Shown piece after piece: positions 12,585 to 24,746 of a stretch of 64,000 bases of DNA (positions within the stretch are counted from its first letter, which is position 1; each line of letters begins with the position of its first letter). Under the pieces are notes generated by a model. The model was not told the DNA's origin, ran no database searches, and saw only the letters and a program-made list of their open reading frames with translations. Source of the stretch: Spongospora subterranea f. sp. subterranea (taxonomy: Eukaryota); contig JAUGWO010000058.1 of the NCBI GenBank assembly GCA_049724395.1, positions 1 through 64,000 of the forward strand. The letters are read 5' to 3'. Made by a program: the position numbers and the translations under genes.

Positions 12585-13443
12585 ATGTCCATTGAAGGCC
12601 TGATGAAGCAACAGATTGTACTTAATTCTATAACATTCAATCCATGTGGTATCTCAATTACGACCTAGGGAACGATGAATTGCACTCAATGCAAAGTCAA
12701 TCTGGCGTTTCCTCGAGGCAGCAAATACGTCAAATGCCCGGAATGCGAAGTAAACGTGTTTTATCACCGATATCGTTTACTATGATCATCTAACGCTGTT
12801 CTCTCAGACCGTAATGACCCCAGACCCTCCAATCAGCAAGCAAACGATATGTATCGGCTGCAATGCGCTGCTATCTCATCCGGTTAATGCTCGATATATT
12901 CAATGTCCCCGTTGTGCCGTGACCTTTGCAACCGATGATCCAGCATCAAACATTGCCCCTCAGAGTCCTGCCAACGCTGGACCTCCCAAGCTAAAACCTC
13001 TCCCTTCTGAGACATCCACGTCAGCGATTGCCCCGTACGTTCCGCAAAAGAGTGTCCCGAAGGAAGTAAAACCGCAAGAGACAGTTTACTGTCTGAAATG
13101 TTCTTCTTTATTGCAATACCCTGACGGTGCGTTGTATATCCAATGCCCAGTGTGTATGTCGACACAACAACCGAAAATCCCTCACCAATCGCAATGTCGG
13201 GGATGCTCTCAGTTATTATCCCACCCTCCCAATAGCATTTGGATCCAATGTCCAAAGTGTTTTGTCTGTTTTAACTCTCGCGAAAGGGCGTTACCCACGT
13301 TAAAATCAGACAACTTTGTTGATATGGTGGATGATATCTCGTTATCTTTAGATAACAACGCAAAGGATAAACTACCGCAAGCACTAGAGGCAATTCAACA
13401 GAATGATATTGAAAAGAATAGCTATGGGCTTCCAATTCAATAA
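12585..13443 (+). CDS. Protein with four LSD1-type zinc fingers
   Basis: CTQCKVNLAFPRGSKYVKCPEC, CIGCNALLSHPVNARYIQCPRC, CLKCSSLLQYPDGALYIQCPVC, CRGCSQLLSHPPNSIWIQCPKC. Introns at ~12618-12668 and ~12750-12807. Start codon inferred. Confidence 0.85.
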
Positions 13444-14122
13444 TTTCAATATTACTGTTAAAGAATTGGCTTTTTATGATGTATAAAGCAAACGGTACTT
13501 ATTTGTTGATATAAAAGCCCCACCGCAAGCGGCGATGGCTCACTTTAGTGGAATACTGCAAGCTGTGAACGTGTTAGCTCAGGCAATGCGGAACCCGAGA
13601 GGAACGGGTCGCATTCTGAAATCGACGAGGCGGTTCGAACCGGAACACTGAGTGAGACTTGGCACAACCTGCACAGTCATCGCTTCCGCTGATCCCCATC
13701 CGATATTATCCGCCTGTCGGAAAGCGCGCCCTTTCGTAACGGCTGCCAACTGGTGGCCGTGCATTGAAAAGATGCGTAACTGCCCTGCCATATGGAAAAC
13801 CTATCAATCCTAGCCCCGACTATACCGATACGCAATTTTCACCGGCTGACCGCGGCGATAGAGTCGCGCAACCCGGGGAAATTGCGTGACGCTTGCTGAG
13901 TCGCGCAGATTCCCCTCATTCTACAGTCTGGTCGGTGTCGAGGAGTGTCTCTGGTGAGTGCGGGATCGATTGTGTAAGTTTCGGTGGGTCGGTCGCGCTG
14001 CTGACAGCCGCATCCCTGTCTTGTTCTAGATAATCAACTCCACTAAGGCTGCGTTTGGATACCCCTAAGTAGTTCAGGCACACGCTCTTTCACTACAAAC
14101 GAATCTGGGTCACGGTGGCGAA

Positions 14123-15241
14123 ATGGAGCCCATGAGCGCTGCGTCTGGAGGCATGGTCAGTGTGACACGGTTGGCAGAGTCGTAACTGTCGTAATGACGT
14201 ACTATCTCTCCAGCAAACTATATATTGTTCGTACTGCTCCGTTCAGCTATCATTCCCGAGAGGCTCTATGTATATCCAATGCCCTCGTTGTCAAGCTACG
14301 CAGAATCCCCATCTTCCACAGCAAACGGTTTGCATTGGATGTGGAACATTGCTAGCTCATCCTGCAAATTCGCTGTATATACAATGCCCTAAATGCATGA
14401 TCACCCAGAACGCTAGAGAGAATCGTGCTAATGTATCTCAGAATGGTGGCGGTTTGCTTCACGATTCGGGTGCTGCTCCTCCAAAAAACCCTAAGAAAAA
14501 GAAAGACCCAAATGCACCTAAGGCCGCTTCAAACGCTTACATGATATTTTGTAAGGAGCGACGTGCGGAGTTGAAATCTGAAAATCCCAGTCTGGTAAAT
14601 TTTGAATTGATTATTATTGTTGAATTTTGTGCTAAGTTTGTATCTAGGCTTTTGGAAAAATTGGTGCTAAATTAGGAGAAATATGGCGGACGTTGTCATC
14701 AGAAGAAAAGAGGCCTTATGAAGAAAGAGCTTCTAGCGATCGGGAACGGTACCGGAAACAAATGGAGTCATATAAATCGGACGGTACTGATGTTGCACGT
14801 ACAAATGATGGCGAAGAATCAATCACAGCGCTTTCGAAGAAACGCAGCACGGAAAGCTTTGGAGACGCGGCATTGGATCAGCTAGAGAACAACACTGAAT
14901 CGCAAGGCAACAAACGGCTAAAATCGGAGTCCACCACTAGCGACATATTGCCACACTACCATGGTGTGAGCTTGTATGGGCACGGGTTCGACAATCCAGC
15001 GGAACATTCTGAGTCTAATCTTCACGAGTCGCAATTAAGTGGGTTCAGCAATCGCTCATCGCCTGCACTAGCTCTTGGAGTTCAAAGTCATATCCACGAC
15101 GAGCCAGGCAATCACACTTTTGATATCAGTGGTATTCCAGATTCAGATGCTCTGAACAGTCACTCCAACGGACTAAAGCTCAACGTACATCGCGGGTTGA
15201 AAGATTCTGACCAAGGTCTAACTGGGAGTCCAAATGCCTGA
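14123..15241 (+). CDS. Two LSD1-type zinc fingers fused to an HMG box (NHP6/HMGB-like)
   Basis: CSYCSVQLSFPRGSMYIQCPRC; CIGCGTLLAHPANSLYIQCPKC; KKKKDPNAPKAASNAYMIFCKERRAELKSENPSL|AFGKIGAKLGEIWRTLSSEEKRPYEERASSDRERY. Confidence 0.88.
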
Positions 15242-16090
15242 AATAATGTCAATTTTTACATTTTGAAGAACAAACTGTTATACCTCCAAATATTCTTTCA
15301 CTTCCTGTCGTTTCACTGTGATCCATGGCGTTGCCGTTAATAACATGCCTTTCAAGTTCAGTGAATAAACGTACACTTATTGACGTAGATTCACCTTGTA
15401 GTCGATTTATTCTATTTAAACTGTAGAGTTGTGGGTGATTCCCAACATGGTATCGATTTATTACACAAGTTGGGTGTCGTTTTTGCAAAGTGGCAATATC
15501 GAATCGTTGATATAAGCATGTTGACACACAGGGTAGAAAGTCGCTGTTTTTATGTAAAAAACATTATGTGTAGGCGGCCTCAAATATATCGAATAAAAAC
15601 TGTGTTGCCCATGATGTCAATTATTTTTGCCTTCCATCAACATCGGAGTGATCAAATTGATATTACATATGAAAATGACTCTAATCCTGAGTCACAACAG
15701 TGGATGGAGTGTCATCACAAAGAAAGTGCACATTTGAGGCCAGTTTTTAACGCATCTGAAAGCAGTATTTACACTTTGCTTGATAAAAAAGGAATCGACC
15801 TACAAAAATGCCTGTGAACAGATTCGCAGAATCCATACCCAGAACACATCGCCCTCCCAGTTGATTTGCGAGCGTAGATAAGAGCCCTTTGAATGACATG
15901 CCAACGATTCTCAAACATATCGAAATAACGAAATCCGATGCACTGCTGGTGAGGATTATTGCTGGTTTCTTGTATCATGATGCTGGTTTTTCTTCATTTG
16001 ATGTTTATTTTATAGCGTCAAAAAATTAAATTTAAGCGATATATACTAATATTTATATTTAAATTAAATCTGAACGTGGCCAGTTTTCTT

Positions 16091-19000
16091 TCATTCCAGG
16101 AAACCGTTCCTCCTTTTGTATTCCAACTCCTCCTTCCAGCCAAGTCGATCTTGCATCCAATTTCCGCTGCTCGTGCGCTTGTTGAAACGAGTTTTGCTGC
16201 TAAAATCAGTGAACATTTCTGCACATCGATTAGACACGGCATTGGGTAAGAACCAAAAAATCGAACCTGTTAAATCACATGTTTTCATATAGTCTGGACT
16301 AAATATTTCATCTGGGTCCAAAGAGGCTTGCAAAGTCAAAGCAGCAAGCAATGAAGAAGGTTGAGCCCATCTGGGAATCTTTTGAGAGGCGGCTTCATCG
16401 TCCTCGCTTTCAGAGTCATCACTATCAATCCAGCTTGACGGAGCGAGGGAAGCAAATTGATATATCGACCTACCTAGGTGGCTGTTGGATCGGAATAACA
16501 ACGACGGGTTCTGGGCTAGAATGCAGGACGTGCGGTTTCGAGCTCGTGGAAGGTTTTACTGGAGGCGGTTTAGGCACAGGAAATGAATGCCCTCCATGGG
16601 ACGTAGTCAGCAAAGATTTGGGCATCGGCAGCTTTGTATCCTTAATAGAGGAAACAGCAGCGAGTGGGCGCTTCGAAGCTGAATCATCAATCTTTCTTTG
16701 CTTTTTTTTCAAGGCTTCTTCTTCACGTCGTCTTTTATGAAATAACTCTCGCTGAAGTTGTCGATCTTCCCTTTCTTGCCTCTTTCGTTTCTCCTCCTCC
16801 TCTATTAAAACTCGTCTTTCTTCAGCACGTTTTATTCGTTCATCAGTTGATAATTCTACCAAGCGACCATCTGTGGTCGCCACTGGTGCCGATCCTGATG
16901 GCGCCGCAATCGTGTTGGACGGACACTGAGTAGATGATGGAGAAATGTCGGCTCCTGAAATCTGTTTATCAAGGGCCTCCCGCTTTTTGTGTTCATTTTC
17001 ACGAATTGAATTGGCCAGTTCTGCTTTGCGTTTTCTTAATTCGGCGGCCTCTTGGTATCTACACATGTTGTTAAGCAAAAACTTCGTGAACAGGAAACGG
17101 CAACTCTACTTTTTACTCTTGTTGCGGAGCTCCTCTTCTCTTTGCTCATCGCGCTTTTTTTTTGCATTAGCGAGCTTCAACGCTTTTACGTCAACAGGCC
17201 TTTTTGTTTTGACATCACGTTCTTTTGGACGGATGAATGAAGACACAGCAGTGCTTATGTTTGATATGTTGTTGTATAGAGAATCCTAAACAATCGTAAA
17301 TATTCAAATAGAAAACTGCTGTCCACGCAACAGTTGGCGTACCCAGACCGAGGTAGACGAGGCAGAATTATTAGGGACTTGAGGAGATTCTTCCAGTTCT
17401 TGTTCGAACAATTGAATGTCACAGTCCTCACCTGCCTTCGATTCGCCAGAACTATGAGAACGGGACCTTACCAATTCTGAATAGAAAATGGCAGTAAGAA
17501 TAGTTTGCGATACATAATAGCACCAGCAGCAATACCTTCCGATGCTTGGTCCTGATTTGGGGAACTGAAGTTAGAGGTGTCGGTGTTGGAAAAAGAGGTT
17601 GCGTTTTCTTTGTCCACAATGTTGACAATTGACGGCGAGCTTTGTCTTGAAACAAGAGAAGTCGCACTAGTAAAGGGAGACACGAATTTAGAGATTGCGT
17701 CAGGGACTGCCTCAATCACAATAGGAGGCTCAATTTCTGGCGAAGTTGAACAGGGGAGAGTAGCAGATGTTTCGATATCGGGAGCAAATTCTGATGCACT
17801 TGTGAGACATAAAGGTCCGCTTTCACTGCTGAGATTAGACTCGGGTGACTTTGAAATTCCAGACACTTGCGGCTTGGTAAGCAAATTTCGCTGCTGAATG
17901 CTCGTACTTTCCGCCAACGTATCTTGGGCAACATTTTTAGTTAAGTCGCAAAGTGTCTCTTTGACAACGCTAGCCTCCAGGTCAACACAAGGATCCTCTT
18001 TAACAAAAAGAGTGGGAGGAGTTGACCGAGACGTGTTGCTTTCCAACGTCGGTAACGATGCTCGCGCCTGATCGTTAATAAAGACCGTCGCCGGTTCGGT
18101 CTGGCAGCGAGCAAAACCTGCTGAGCGGGATAAAGGGGCTTGGCGGGAAGCCGCATCCGCACGAGCTTTTTGTAGCAATGATTGTAATACCCCAGAAACA
18201 GGTGGAGTTGACTTGGATGAAGATCGGTTAGGCGAGAATGTAGTCGAAGAACCTTTGGATTGAAGAGGAGTGAAACCTTTTTGTTCCGATTTTTTCACAA
18301 CGGTTTCTGTTCGCACAGGCTCGGAAATAGGAGAAATTTTCCTGTTTTCAAGTCTGGTATTGACGATGAGTGAAAAGGTATCAGCAACTTGACTTTGCCG
18401 AGATTCGATGGTAGAATCTGGTTTCTGAATCGCTGCGGTAATGGGTGATATGGTTTCCTAATAAAATTCATCAGTCCTTGACACGAGCATTCTGGAACAT
18501 ACAATTTTGGAGGTAGGTGGGATGAATCGATAAGTAAAATGCGGTTGAGCACGCTCAATAAGTGGCACCGATTCTGTTCGATTAACAAGTGTATTCTGCC
18601 GTAATCCCTATGCAAAGATGGTTAAAACAAAACTTCATATTCGCTGGTGCACTTGCCTCATTCTGGAGAGGCGTTTTGCTATTATGCTCTAACCAGCGTT
18701 GGGAACTGTCTTGAGGAGATAGTTTTCCAGGATTGCCAATGGAAGATTGCGTTATCCCAGGCAACAAGGTGGTGACCACCTCGATATCTGAAGTTGCTTC
18801 ATTTCGGGCGCTCACAGTATCGGATTTTGTCGAGCCACCAACGACCTCGGAGCAATGGGCGTCGTCTGCCAATTGTCCAATGTTGTAAACAATAGAGTCA
18901 TGTTGCGATGGAATATCGCAATTCGTGGCAAATTTAACCGGAGATGTGCTGATTGGCGATTTCACAGAGGGTGTACTAACCACCACCGCAGCGGGTTCTT

Positions 19001-20804
19001 CACTAATCGATGTTGGTTTCTCTAGATTGTTTTGAAGTACGCGATCAACGCCATGTTGTGATCTGACAACGGACGGTGATCGTCGAGGACTCTCACTTGT
19101 ACTATTGTCGTGGGATTCCAATTTCGCCTGATGAAAACTGGCAACATCAACTTCATCAGAAGACTCACTTGATGAGGCATTGCCATATTCGAATAGGGCT
19201 GCATTGGGCATTGGTGACGTTTGAGGTTCAACTGCTTCCAATTCTGGAATTGAAAGAGCCGAATGTTCATCGTTTACTTCCAGTATTTGTGCTTTCACAT
19301 CATCGGCCCCCGGAGGAAGTGAATTTGTTGGTGCCTCAATAGAAACCGGCCTGACTTCATTAGAAACTGGACAAAAACTTGCGATTTCATCAGAAACCGC
19401 AATGGAACTTGTGACCTCCATAGAAATCGGACTGGAACTTGCAAGTTCAGTAGAAACCGGACTGGAACTTGCCATCTTCGTTGCTATTTGAGGATCGACT
19501 ATATGTCTTGGGCGCTTTGACCTTGTTTTTCGAGGTGAAAAAAGATGAGATTTTTTTTTTCTCTGCAAAGCGTTTTTAGGGGCAGTGGGCGATGGATCAA
19601 ATACAATTTCAGTGGGGCACTTGACTTCGATTGTATTTTGCGTTCTTAACTTTTTAACACGAAGTGGCTTGTCGGAGTTGAGAAGCGCTTCACGCTGGGA
19701 AACAGATGGGCTAATTTTTCCGTCTCTAGGGCTTGGCAAGCACCTTTCGATTGTAGAGAGATTCGACTCCGATTGGCTTGAGATTTTGAGATCACTGTCC
19801 AACCGTGTTGATGACGATGGCGTCATTGGGGCAGGGTCATTGTTCTTAACGCTAACTGGTGTCGCTGGGCAGGTTGATTTTTCTTCCTGTGTTGATGGCG
19901 CAACGTGAACATCGCCGACGAGAGGGTCACTTTCAACAGGTTTAGTGTTATCGCCCTGAATTACTGCAGGAAGTTTTTTTTGTCTTGAACGAGAAGGCCT
20001 CTTCTCTATTTTTGCGGCATTCTCTGATAAAGAAACATCGCTAATTACTTTTCTTTTTGACCGAGTTCTTCTTGCCATGGGAGAAAACAAGCCATGCTGA
20101 ACCGGATTATCCGACCTTTCCTTTGTGCATTCATTACTATTTTGGTCCGGAATTTCACTGTTGTTCAGTGTGAGAGACTGCGGGTCAACGATAATCTCGT
20201 TATAATCATTTGCGGCTGCTCTGGAATTCGTCGCGTTGTTGACACTGGATATTTGCTGGTCGCAGTGACTTTCGTAAACGGTTTCAGAAACTACTGTGGA
20301 GACTTTAGGGACGTTTGCAGATACTTCAGGGTCACAGTTCAAATCGACTGATGAACCCAATTGTATATGTACTTCCCGATCAACTTCTTTATCCTTTGAT
20401 TGCGTGGTGACGTTCTTCTTTCGGCGGCATCGTGCAGTCCTCTTTTTTGAAGTCCCCATATCATCCTGTGCTGAATTTGTTTGCCGATCGTTTTGGTCAC
20501 CCATTTCATTGGTGATTAACTCAGCGTTATCAGGCACTGCCTCCGACCGACAAGTGGAAGGGCTGACGCCAGCGCTGGTGACGTCTTGTCTTTGCAGAGT
20601 GATTTTTTCTGGAGTCTGTTTTGAAATAATATTAGCACGATCCTCTTGAATAAGCTTGGTCGCCTTATCGACAGCAGCGTATAAGGTACTCTGGTGAACG
20701 GAAAACCGCTCTTCGATATCTCGAATTGAGCATCTTGCCAATGACACTGTTTCGTCGATTATTTTCACGAACGACCACGATGCATCCGGAATGATCTTGC
20801 TCAT
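16091..20804 (-). CDS. INCENP: Inner centromere protein (chromosomal passenger complex), multi-exon
   Basis: C-terminal IN-box DSDDSESEDDE...IPRWAQ...LDPDEIF...CDLTEMF...KRTSSGNW, preceded by an E/R/K-rich helix and a long Ser/Pro-rich disordered region. Confidence 0.85.
19361..19480. repeat. Degenerate 30-nt coding tandem repeat x4 within INCENP
   Basis: TAGAAAC(C/T)GGACTGGAACTTGC-like unit with period 30, encoding ASSSPVSTEL/ASSSPISMEV/TSSIAVSDEI/ASFCPVSNEV. Confidence 0.75.
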
Positions 20805-21155
20805 CGATAGGCGGAACCTATTGAGGCGGTTCACAGCCCCTACGACCTCCCCTTCGATTACCTTCGTGTCGATAATGAGATGATGATGTCTATCCCCTGA
20901 CTGTGACTCAATTTATACACCACGAGGGCAGCCCTCACCCTGTTACATGTACAGTACACACAACATACAATACCCATGGTTGATCGGTGGTTGAGTCCGC
21001 TCTTACACTGGGTCGGGTGCGGGATCTTCCACAGTGCAGTTCCCAATTCGGTCGCGCTAAAAGCAGGAAGACATAGCAAAAATAATGGAAAGTACTGTCC
21101 ATATTAATTCCTGTTCCCAGTTGAAGTGCATTCATCATGGACGTTGGCCATTGAA

Positions 21156-23188
21156 TCAGGTGCAGTGACATGGAACTATTTCGAGGCGAAATTGCGCCAT
21201 TACACGTTGACGACGAACGGCGACTCTGCCCCACGTGGAAACATAAACGGATCCTATCGCCATGATGGATGGGTATATATTGACTGGGGCTATCTCAATC
21301 AGGGTCGCATTTGTGGCCATCTGCGAGACTGGTCTGACTGAATACGATGGCGAGTGAGTGTCGCGCGAACATCTCCAAGCTGCAGTTCGGACTGTCATCG
21401 TTCAGGGCCTCCTCAAGGACAGGACGGGCACTGATTCAAAAACCCGTTGCTGATTGTATGAAATTATCGTCATTTTACCATATTAATTCACTAGTTTGAT
21501 TCCCGTCATCACGCTGAAATCCCTGGTTATATCGCACAATATCCACAGCGTATTGTAGTCTGCTCATGAACTCGACAGCGGCGTTAGCGGTCTGAGCCGA
21601 TACTTCAACCACGCGTCGATTGGTGTGGATCATCACTGATGCATCGTGATTCGATCCGTTTGTCGAGCCTGTTGTCACCTATCAGTACTCATGCCATTCG
21701 CCCAGACCTCAACCTGTTCTCTTGTTCATACCATGCCGCAATGCAACAACATCCTCCATGTTTATCGATCCTCTTGGCGCCTCCAGCACCGATTTTCCCC
21801 AGTATAGAATATCAAGGTTAGGTGACGCCCAAAATATTCTTGTATGAGATTCACCGTTTTTGGTTTTTCGCAGCACAACACCTAATATCGCAGGAACAGT
21901 GTCAAGACCATGGCAACGCCTACGTCATCTACAGTGATTTACCTTTCTGGAAATAGGCAACGGTTTCCCGATAATGGCTTTCATTCAAGGTCGACGAGGA
22001 AGCTCTGGGCGCGACAACATTGTCGCCGCCGGCCGAGGCGTTAACGTCTGATACTGTCAGGACGCGAATATCGTCACACGTCCTACGAATGGCGTCGATC
22101 CACGCTTTGGTCGTACTGGAATCGGGAAACTGCATCGTGATTGAGGCGAACTTCGATCTGATCGTGATCATATCCCCGTCTTTCTGCTTAGACAGGTCGA
22201 TATGTCCTTCGTTCAGCTCGAATTCCCCAGTGGGGGTGTCCGAGTTCGGTTTGAACCATCGCAATCTCCTCGCCGTCAGCACGAAATATCGTTTGGACTT
22301 GGATCGTTGATGAGACATGATCAATTCGGCATTGCCCGTCAAGATCACCGTATTCTCAGCGTCTTGGTCGTGATCCGCTGACGCCGTTTCCAATGTTTCG
22401 TTCCTCCAACCAATGTGTTCGAGCTCCGGTGTAGTGAATCTAAATCTTCCCTGATCTGGCTGATAGTTGGCGTTATTGACAGGGACGTGATATCGCTGGT
22501 CGATATTCGCCTTGTCCTGTTGCTGTCGTGTTCCTCTCCCAGACGGTCCCTTTTCCGGTTGTTGTGGTCCGTTGTTCTTCCTAGAATGAGGTATTGACCA
22601 CCGTTGAGCAGGAGGTCCATTACCATCGGGGTTTGTGTCCTGGTCGATGGACGGCAGAGCAGGTGGCGATGATTGTGGCGGCATCGAGAACTGATCCGCT
22701 TCCGTCATCGTCAACACTCGTCCCCTCAACTCGGCCGCGATATCGCCAAATGCCCTGAACTTGTAGTCGGCGTTGTCTGCATAGGCTCCATCCCTGAAAT
22801 CCTTCTCTCCATCCGAACTGGATCCCGCCTCGCTTTGCGATAAACCCCTATCGTCATCAGAACCACTATTGCTCAAGCTATATCGCTCGTGGTCCCTCAC
22901 GACCCCAATATCATCAGGTTCGCTCACCGACTCGTCACTATTCCCATCGAAACCCGCAGAATTACGTTGAGCTAATGGCTTTTCCGACGTTCTAATATCC
23001 TCGATCAGCAACCGTATTTTCAAGCGATGCCCAGGTTTATCAATGGACTCCAGAATGGCATCGATTTCCTTCTGAGAACACGTCCGAATATCATCCGGAT
23101 CGGTGTAGCCGCTTTGCAGAAAGATGTAGGCATAGTGGTCAACCCATTTAGATTGTAGCCATTTCTGTAACTGGGACATCATCATCAT
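21156..23188 (-). CDS. SAM-domain and PH-domain signalling adaptor; 3' exons approximate
   Basis: SAM: LQKWLQSKWVDHYAYIFLQSGY...IDKPGHRLKI. PH: SKRYFVLTARRLRWFK...PTGEFEL...TTKAWIDAIR. Further short exons lie downstream. Confidence 0.75.
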
Positions 23189-24746
23189 CTGCGATGTGTT
23201 GTCGCCCACATCTCGATATCCAAATTCCAACAAGGAGTGCAATAGCTTTCCCCGAGACCAAAATCTAATCCCGATAAATATCTGGGGCATTTGATCATCA
23301 GCATGTACCAATGGTGTACAGGAGTTGTTGTCGCCATGGGGTCGGCCACAAGGGTGTCACTACATCAGATCACGACAGGGGCTGGTCAAGTGATTCCTCC
23401 CCGCGCCTGCCCTCTACCGATTGTTTTCGAACGGGTCGTTGGGCGGGAATACCTCACCGTCATCTCCCCCCGTCGTTATATCGCAGATTGTCGTGACATC
23501 GCCGTTATCTCAAGAATCCACCCATCCTTGTATTAATCTGTTTATCAGCCCGAGCGGGCCTACCCACATTCTGCTCTGCCAGCCGATCTCAATTGTCTCA
23601 AACGACCAACGATCTGGCAGCTATATTTTTCATGAGTAGAGCCCAACTCTACCGCCTTCACCCCCGAGTTTAATCACTATTTGTGTTCAACGCACCAACG
23701 TTCAACCAAAACCTTTCCAGTAGACGCAGACGCTTAGGCCTTAGTTCCTGCCCACATTCACTGTGTTTTCATCGAACAAGATATACAGAATGAAAACAAC
23801 GCCCGGTTGGTGTAATTGGGATGGCGTTATATCTGGGGTTCACCCCAAATTTCTTGAGTGATCTCGAATTGGAAGGTGAAGGCGGTGGTACGTATATGAT
23901 GATAGAGGAACACGACATGACGACAAGGGGAACTGATCTCTGATTCATTCCCTCCCGCCATCACCAAACCGGTGTTGATATGACCGCGATGGGGCCCACA
24001 CTCAATCCTGAACGATATGGAATAGGTGTTCTAATGTGGATTGATTCCTCTGCAGAAGGTGCTGTGGTGCCGATATCGATAGACCTGTCCCTGTAAATAA
24101 ACGGCGCCATTGTTGGTTGGCCCTAAATGCTGGACCTGTTCACGACCTCCATACTGATTGGTTTCATTCGCCATTTCAACGGGAGCTGCGATTTCCATTC
24201 CGATAGGAAGTGATGTGTCGTTATGATGGTCAATCTTGGCCACCTCGACCGCTGACCAGGTCGGTCGACACCGCTCTGCTGGGTAGCTGTTCCTGAATCT
24301 GACAACGCCCAGCACACGCGATCAGAATAAATATGTACAATTGGGGATATTCGAGAGGCAGTTCGTATATTGATCGACCAACAGCGGAGTCGAATATGAA
24401 AATTGATTTCTGTTGACCCTTTTTTCGCCACCAATCCCCCGTACAGAAACCCAACCCGGGGGCAATAAACTGTGAAGGTCTCTAAATATACTGGTGTGGA
24501 TCAAGGTCGGTCTCGTGTACCTGGAACGGGGAATTCCAATAAAGGACAACGGTTTCAAACGGGGTGTTGACGATCTGACCCCCAAACGACCTGATCCCGA
24601 CTACTCTGGGTCAACACACATTCGTCCCCGTTCCCCCCTCTTGACCCGAACCGGCCCCTTCGTCTACATGTTGACAACAACACGACCCGTATCGGTCTGA
24701 TATCGGCCCGCGTTTGACGTATCTGGTCGACGGCTGGCGTCCCGTG

